From Candidatus Iainarchaeum sp. (GTDB lineage: Archaea; Iainarchaeota; Iainarchaeia; Iainarchaeales; DTGL01): 22,592 nt of DNA. Under the pieces are notes generated by a model. That model was not told where the DNA came from. It ran no database searches and saw only the letters and a program-made list of their open reading frames with translations. The DNA is taken from NCBI GenBank assembly GCA_038886995.1, contig JAWALG010000016.1:1-22592 (forward strand), in the 5' to 3' direction. Both the position numbers and the translations under genes were made by a program. Shown here in pieces: positions 17,315 to 22,592 of the stretch (its first letter is position 1; the number at the start of each line of letters is the position of its first letter).

Positions 17315-17879
17315 AAAAATGCGCCTACAAAAATTTCTTTTACGCAAAGGGCTTTCGCTCGAAAGGTTGATTTCAAAAGGGCATTCCTCATATGTTTTTC
17401 TTGTTAGGAAAGGTCGCAAGAGATTTGCGCTGAAGCTAGAGCGTGATGACTCCGGCAGAAAAGATATGCTCTTCAAGGAAGTATCAAACCTTAAAAAGGC
17501 AAATTCCTTGGGCATAGGCCCAATGCTTTTCTGTTACGACAAAAAGCTGCGCGTTATTCTTATGGAATATGTTGAAGGTGTGACTTTTTCAGATTGGTTA
17601 ACAAAAGCACCAAAAAAGTCAGAACTGCTTTCTTTTATTGAAGAACTTTTTTACCAGGCAGCACTACTTGATAAGGCAGGCCTTGATCACGGGCAACTTG
17701 GCGGCCGAGGCACAAACATACTTGTAAGAGATAGCAAACCAGTCATAATTGATTTTGAAAAGGCCTCGCAGAATAGAAAGCCGCACAATTTTTCAAAGCT
17801 CTTCGCATGGCTTTTCATAGGCGGAGCGTCGCCTGTGTCAGTAAAAGTTAGGGAAATATTATTTAATTGTGGCCGTTAG
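17292..17879 (+). CDS. Short archaeal Ser/Thr protein kinase-like protein (RIO/Bud32-related, COG2112-like)
   Basis: KGHSSYV G-loop, ALKLE, alphaC Glu, MEYVEG hinge, DHGQL...NIL, IIDFE; ATG 17292 behind AGGTG (alternative ATG 17319). Confidence 0.82.
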   Translation: MIQPNQNEKMRLQKFLLRKGLSLERLISKGHSSYVFLVRKGRKRFALKLERDDSGRKDMLFKEVSNLKKANSLGIGPMLFCYDKKLRVILMEYVEGVTFSDWLTKAPKKSELLSFIEELFYQAALLDKAGLDHGQLGGRGTNILVRDSKPVIIDFEKASQNRKPHNFSKLFAWLFIGGASPVSVKVREILFNCGR

Positions 17880-17886
17880 GTGCCTT

Positions 17887-18366
17887 CTATTCTTGCTTTA
17901 TTAAGGACTCCATTTCCTCTTCGCTTAAAGCAAATTTCCTCTTTATCTCTTTTTCCATGTATTCGCAATCGGACTTTATCTTATTCACATAGCCAAGAAG
18001 GCGCTCGCGTTCATCAGCTATTTCTTCGAGTTTTGTATACTTAGCAACAGCATCCTTGAACATTGCGTAGTCGATTGTCCTATATGGCTGCCTATTCATC
18101 TCCTGCGAGATTTTTGCAGCCATATCTGCAAGCCATTTGTTCATTTCAACCTTAACCCTTTTCTTTATCTGCTTGCCAGGGTCAAGGTTTTGGCGCATTA
18201 TTCTTACTACAACAGAGTTTGGGAAAGGTAGCTTTTCAGCAGCCTCCTGCGCCTCTTCTTTTGTTTGCGTTGCCTTTTCTTTTGGCATTGGCTGCTGTTC
18301 CGCCTTTTTTTCAACAATCTTTTCAGCAGCTTTTTTTGGGGTTTTTTTCACAACTTTTTTTGCCAA
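17887..18366 (-). CDS. Probable histone-fold protein with Lys-rich N-terminal tail and C-terminal coiled coil
   Basis: LPFPNSVVVRIMR (alpha1), KQIKKRVKVEMNKWLADMAAKISQEMN (L1-alpha2) and RTIDYAMFKDAV (L2-alpha3) fit histone-fold spacing; AGGTGA RBS before TTG. Confidence 0.65.
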   Translation of the reverse strand: MAKKVVKKTPKKAAEKIVEKKAEQQPMPKEKATQTKEEAQEAAEKLPFPNSVVVRIMRQNLDPGKQIKKRVKVEMNKWLADMAAKISQEMNRQPYRTIDYAMFKDAVAKYTKLEEIADERERLLGYVNKIKSDCEYMEKEIKRKFALSEEEMESLIKQE

Positions 18367-18451
18367 GCTATCACCTTCATAAGCAGTATTTCAAACAATG
18401 AGATAATAAATTTTGGCTACATTAGGTTTTAAAATATGCCATTTTTTTGTT

Positions 18452-19042
18452 TTACGGCTTTTCGCAAAGTAAACTAAAATTTTCTTTGCACTCTTTTACC
18501 TTAAAGCCAGCAGCACGAAGCCTCTCAACAATTCCTTTTCTTAAGCTTTTATTCCTGTAGCGCTCAGATGGCGCACCTGTGTAGTGAAGCATCCTTCCTT
18601 GCTTTCTCAGAATCCTAAAGAGCTCTTTATAGAAAGCACCACTATAAAGTTCACCTGCTCGAGAAAATGTTGGCGGGTCATGGATGATGTAATCAAAGCA
18701 CTCGTCCGGAAAGGACTTTACGATTTCTGCAGCGTCACCTTCGATGAGCTTTATTTTCTCAGAGCTAAATAGTTTTTGTGATGCTCTGTTTTCTTTTGCA
18801 ATTTTTATAACCTCAACATCTTTCTCAATAGTCACAACAGAGTCAGCATACCTTGATGCTGTTATTGCAGTATAACCAAGGCCTGTGCATATATCCAAAA
18901 CATTCCCGCCACGGATTTTAAGTAGGGCAATTTTTTCTTCAGCATCTTTCTTAGGGCTTGTGTTTTTTATTCGATGCATTAATATCCCATCAATCATTAA
19001 GGCAGGCCAATCAGATGTTTGCACAAGCTTGTACACAGGCAT
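18452..19042 (-). CDS. Class I SAM-dependent methyltransferase (COG2521-like)
   Basis: IDGILMH, VLDICTGLGYTA, IEKD, GDA, IIHDPPTF, GELYSGAFY, HYTG; start ATG 19042 or 19057. Confidence 0.87.
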   Translation of the reverse strand: MPVYKLVQTSDWPALMIDGILMHRIKNTSPKKDAEEKIALLKIRGGNVLDICTGLGYTAITASRYADSVVTIEKDVEVIKIAKENRASQKLFSSEKIKLIEGDAAEIVKSFPDECFDYIIHDPPTFSRAGELYSGAFYKELFRILRKQGRMLHYTGAPSERYRNKSLRKGIVERLRAAGFKVKECKENFSLLCEKP

Positions 19043-19091
19043 AAAAAAATAAACCATATAAATTTAATTATCCTTATTGTAGTTGGTTTTT

Positions 19092-19232
19092 ATGCCATTT
19101 AGAAGAAAACCTAGGCCGTCGAAGAAGAACTTCAATCCTATGGAGGTTTCGTCAAACAACACCGAAACTGCTGCCAGGAAAACAAACATTTTTAGGCGCC
19201 TGCATAGGAAATTTTTGAAAATTATAAAATAG
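19092..19232 (+). CDS. Putative 46-aa Arg/Lys-rich small protein (absent from the ORF track)
   Basis: MPFRRKPRPSKKNFNPMEVSSNNTETAARKTNIFRRLHRKFLKIIK fills the intergenic gap; TATAAA about 30 nt upstream. Confidence 0.5.
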   Translation: MPFRRKPRPSKKNFNPMEVSSNNTETAARKTNIFRRLHRKFLKIIK

Positions 19233-19243
19233 ATTTCTGCAAA

Positions 19244-20239
19244 TCAAGAACTGCTTTGCATTATTTTTTGCATAGTTTTTCCTGGAAGGTTAACCGCACA
19301 TCTTAAGCCACTATACATTGCTGAGCTGCCTTTTAGGGGCGCAGTTGTCATTACAACTTTAACCCCTTCCTGTGCCAATCTTTTTGCGGTTTCTCTGGCA
19401 GCGCGGTTCATCATTATTTTGCCAGTGCCCAAATCAAGAAAATTAGTCGGATAGAATTCCCTTTCCTTTTCAGGCACAAGTATTATCTTATATCCGGTAA
19501 CAGTCGCTATATTGTCAAGCAATGCCTTGTTGGCCTGATAGTATTGCGGATCAACCAATAATATCTTCATTCCAGGGATGCGGTTTACAAACAAGTCAAC
19601 ATGGGTGTGCTTCTTGAGTTTTGCCCTTTTCTGGCTTTTGAATGCATCTTTTACAAAACCAGGAGGCATTTCAAATACAACAATTCCTTTCTTCTTAAGG
19701 AAACTGATCTCATTCATTGCTGAAAAAGCTATTTGCTTGGAAACAAGCAAGAACTTATCTTCTATGTTTATCACGCCACCGCTATCTCCAAGATAGGAAT
19801 ATATTTTATTCCCAACTCTTCTGCCAAGAAGGCGCTCATCTACGGGAAATACAAACCTGTAATTTTTTACAACAGTAAAAGTGTCCCTGAGCCAGGCACC
19901 AGTGTAAGGAGTAGTTCTCTTTGAGATTAGCACTCTGGCTCCAGCTGCTTTAGCAATCTTGCAGAACCTGGAAACCCTTTTATCAATCAAATCGACTTCG
20001 CTTACCATTACAACTGGCTCAAGGCCGTGCCTTATTAGGTCTTTTATTATTTGCAGGCGCTCCTTTGAGAAGCGCCTCAAGAAGAAGTTGTTTGGCATTC
20101 TTCTTATTTCAATCTTGCGCCTTTCAGCAACATCAGCCCTTGCTTGAGCCCTAGTGATCCAAGGCGTGGCCCCAAGAACAGCAACAGGCCTTCCAGCTTT
20201 TTTGCTTTTTGCCTCTGCACGCTTTGAAGTTGGCGCCAT
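19244..20239 (-). CDS. Pentein-superfamily guanidino-modifying enzyme (arginine deiminase/amidinotransferase-like) with basic N-terminal extension
   Basis: WLRD, GDSGGV (EGG-like), THVD, PTNFL and C-terminal SGLRC occur in the order of pentein catalytic Asp/His/Cys motifs. Confidence 0.72.
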   Translation of the reverse strand: MAPTSKRAEAKSKKAGRPVAVLGATPWITRAQARADVAERRKIEIRRMPNNFFLRRFSKERLQIIKDLIRHGLEPVVMVSEVDLIDKRVSRFCKIAKAAGARVLISKRTTPYTGAWLRDTFTVVKNYRFVFPVDERLLGRRVGNKIYSYLGDSGGVINIEDKFLLVSKQIAFSAMNEISFLKKKGIVVFEMPPGFVKDAFKSQKRAKLKKHTHVDLFVNRIPGMKILLVDPQYYQANKALLDNIATVTGYKIILVPEKEREFYPTNFLDLGTGKIMMNRAARETAKRLAQEGVKVVMTTAPLKGSSAMYSGLRCAVNLPGKTMQKIMQSSS

Positions 20240-20277
20240 AGAATATACTAAAATATTTGTGAGTTATAAAGCTTTGC

Positions 20278-22020
20278 TTAATTCTCGCCAGAAATGCTAT
20301 TTGAGTCGAACTCATAATAGTATATAGTCCAACCAATCCTTTCCTTTGGCTCATAGCTAAGAAGCCATCTGTGGCAGTTCCAGTCAGAAACAACGCCGGT
20401 GATTGCGCTTGCGCTTATCGCAAACTTTTCTTCGCGCCATTCGCAGATATCTTCCCAGTGAAATTGCATTAAGAAGTTAGGGTAAGGCCATCCAAAGTAT
20501 ATCAGGTGTGGATTTTCCCAATTGCGCTTTTTTGCAAAGTCCATGAAGTAAAAGAAATCTTGCCCCCAATCAATGCTAGAATCAGTGAGATACTTAGGGC
20601 CATTTGCTGGGCCTCCAATCAGTTCGTTGAAATAAGCAAGGTAATGTGGGTATATGAGAATGGCTGAAAGCACATGCCAAAACAGCAAGGCAAAAATAAC
20701 AATTGCGAAGATTTTTTTCTTCTCTTTAAACGGGTTTTTAATGTGAGGTGAGATGTTGCCTGATATGAATACAATTAAGAAAGGGAATGCCGGCAAAGCA
20801 TACCTAAAGCCAATGTAAAACCTTCCAAATATAGAAAGCGCGATGAAGAAAGCCAGGCCAGGTAAAGCCACAGATGCTAAATCTATTATGCTGCCTTTTT
20901 CCAAAGCAAGGGCATCTTTGCTAAGGGCTTTTCTGTGGAATAAATATTTTAGAATTCTTTTAGCAAATAAAATGACTGAAACAATGGAAAATAATACGAA
21001 TGGCACCGTTGTTTTTATCAAGAAAGACCCAATGTAATATTCAGGCATGTACTGCCTGAATTGGCCGAAGAACCAACCCTCGCGGCCGCCTTTAACCCAA
21101 CCGCTCATGAACTGGTAGCCCTCAAAAACCCTTGCCGGCACAACATAGAAATACTTTTCCTTGTAGGCATCAAAAGAGTAAATGATGTTTGTTATGATTA
21201 TAGGTCCTATTAGAAGGCATAAAAGTATTGCTGCATATGCAAGAAGAACAGAAAGGAAGGTTTTCGTTTTTTTCATATCAGGCCTTTTTTGCTTTAACTT
21301 GCTTCTGACCTCCTTAAAATAAAAAAACGAGAAAACAAAGAGCAAAGGCACAAAAATAAGCGCTGTGTACTTTGTCATTATAGCGAGGGAGATAAAAATG
21401 GATGAAAGCACCAGGAACCTAAATCTCCAAGTTTTCATGAACTTCCACATTGTATAAAAGCTTGCAAAGACAAAGAAGGTCATAGGTATGTCAAGCGTTG
21501 CTATGCTTCCATGCGCAATTATGTTTGGCTCAAAGCAATACAGAAGCAATGCAAGAATTCCTGCTTTGGGCCCAAATGCATCCTTAGCCCAAAGAAAAAC
21601 AAGTAGGCCAAGAAAAGCTGCTGTGAGTATTGCAACTATGCGAGGCCAGAAAATTATACTTCGGATATTGTCTTTGTTTTTTATGTAGAAATCAGACGCA
21701 AAACCATATGCTGCGGAAACATCATTGTTTGCACATTTTTCCCAGTTGCGGTTTCCTTCTGTTGGAAGCTCAGGGTTTATGAAAAGCAAGGGCAGGCCAT
21801 ATAATGCTTTCATGAAGACAGGATGTTCCCAGTTAATGCGAAAATCCGAGGTTTTTAAGTAAGAATAACCCGCAACTATATACACTGATTCGTCCATTGT
21901 GAGATATTTGTTTAGTATTGATGTTGCGCTTATAAGATAAAAAGAAACCAGTAGCAAGAAGACCAAAATTTCCTCTTTTCCTTTGAGTTTGCTTTTTAAC
22001 AAATCTTTGATCAAAATCAT
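20278..22020 (-). CDS. GT-C fold membrane glycosyltransferase (PMT/ArnT-like, GT39/GT83)
   Basis: TMDESVY in the first loop, EHP, DIP, TKYTA, RYALP, DSSIDWGQD; many TM helices. Confidence 0.85.
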   Translation of the reverse strand: MILIKDLLKSKLKGKEEILVFLLLVSFYLISATSILNKYLTMDESVYIVAGYSYLKTSDFRINWEHPVFMKALYGLPLLFINPELPTEGNRNWEKCANNDVSAAYGFASDFYIKNKDNIRSIIFWPRIVAILTAAFLGLLVFLWAKDAFGPKAGILALLLYCFEPNIIAHGSIATLDIPMTFFVFASFYTMWKFMKTWRFRFLVLSSIFISLAIMTKYTALIFVPLLFVFSFFYFKEVRSKLKQKRPDMKKTKTFLSVLLAYAAILLCLLIGPIIITNIIYSFDAYKEKYFYVVPARVFEGYQFMSGWVKGGREGWFFGQFRQYMPEYYIGSFLIKTTVPFVLFSIVSVILFAKRILKYLFHRKALSKDALALEKGSIIDLASVALPGLAFFIALSIFGRFYIGFRYALPAFPFLIVFISGNISPHIKNPFKEKKKIFAIVIFALLFWHVLSAILIYPHYLAYFNELIGGPANGPKYLTDSSIDWGQDFFYFMDFAKKRNWENPHLIYFGWPYPNFLMQFHWEDICEWREEKFAISASAITGVVSDWNCHRWLLSYEPKERIGWTIYYYEFDSNSISGEN

Positions 22021-22451
22021 ACCCCTTTTTGGCTCTTGCCTTTATCTAAAACTATTTCTTTTATTTTAACCTCTAAGCCAGCTGTTATTTCAATGTCATT
22101 GCTTCTGCATTTAGGGCAGGCAAGCTCCGGTAGTAACGCAACAAGGTCATGTTTGTGATCATGCAAATGGTCGTAGTCATGATTTTTTAACTTTTTCTTT
22201 GCTTTTTCCCTTACCCATTCATTGCCACAGGAAAAGCACTTAAATGCTGCGCTTTCAGTTTCAACAGAGAATTCCGCTTTGAGCCCCTTTTCCATTGCAG
22301 CACCCTCAAGAATTTCCCTGAACTGCTGTGCGCTGACATGCTGCAATTCACCTATTGAAACCACTACTTTAAGCTTGCCTCTTGCTTTGTCTTTTTTCAC
22401 GAAATCCTCAACGCTGTTTAAAACCGCTTGTGCTAAAGAGTACTCATGCAT
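22017..22451 (-). CDS. hypA: Hydrogenase nickel metallochaperone HypA
   Basis: N-terminal MHE, IGELQHV, CFSC and CPKC zinc finger, GLEVKIKEI. Confidence 0.95.
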   Translation of the reverse strand: MHEYSLAQAVLNSVEDFVKKDKARGKLKVVVSIGELQHVSAQQFREILEGAAMEKGLKAEFSVETESAAFKCFSCGNEWVREKAKKKLKNHDYDHLHDHKHDLVALLPELACPKCRSNDIEITAGLEVKIKEIVLDKGKSQKGV

Positions 22452-22452
22452 A

Positions 22453-22524
22453 TGGACTGGCCGGGACTTGAACCCGGAGCCTCTTCCGTGCGAGGGAAGC
22501 GCTCTGCCATTGAGCTACCAGCCC
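22453..22524 (-). tRNA. tRNA-Ala(CGC)
   Basis: Reverse complement GGGCTGG-TA-GCTCAATGGCAGAGC-G-CTTCC-CTCGCAC-GGAAG-AGGCT-CCGGG-TTCAAGT-CCCGG-CCAGTCC-A; G3:U70 Ala identity pair; CCA not encoded. Confidence 0.96.
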
Positions 22525-22592
22525 TTTTTCTGCTTTTTTGCTGCTTACTTCAAAAATATTCATTATTTAAATGTTTTAAATAGATGCCTTGG

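Noticed and set aside
22173-22186. Exact 14-nt match (GTAGTCATGATTTT) to the candidate operator at 9521-9534
   Set aside because: It lies mid-CDS in hypA and is explained by Asn-His-Asp-Tyr codons; no phased array or promoter context

Overview
Gene-dense, AT-rich archaeal chromosome segment (thermosome, Alba, Sec61beta, Sua5, a BHB-intron tRNA, TATA boxes, GGTGA-type RBSs). Gene content and a tRNA-Ile(UAU) point to a DPANN-type archaeon, possibly Diapherotrites/Micrarchaeota; this is inference. The window opens inside a Pyrococcus-type mbhFGHIJKLMN membrane-bound [NiFe]-hydrogenase operon with all four Ni-ligating Cys intact, followed by a convergent hycI protease. Next come a very basic 81-aa ORF, an orphan HerA/DUF87-type ATPase, a coiled-coil protein, and a coiled-coil+wHTH protein with five helically phased TCATGA-like palindromes over its promoter. 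Then alba, two paralogous membrane-anchored GATase-like-fold proteins flanking sua5, sec61beta-tRNA-Ile(UAU), an MscS-TM-like protein, a P-loop kinase, thermosome and maf. The right third holds a Ser/Thr kinase-like gene, a probable histone-fold protein with a Lys-rich TPKK tail and C-terminal coiled coil, a SAM methyltransferase, a 46-aa Arg-rich ORF, a basic pentein (deiminase/amidinotransferase) enzyme, and a tRNA-Ala-hypA-GT-C glycosyltransferase unit. No CRISPR array, rRNA or mobile element was seen.
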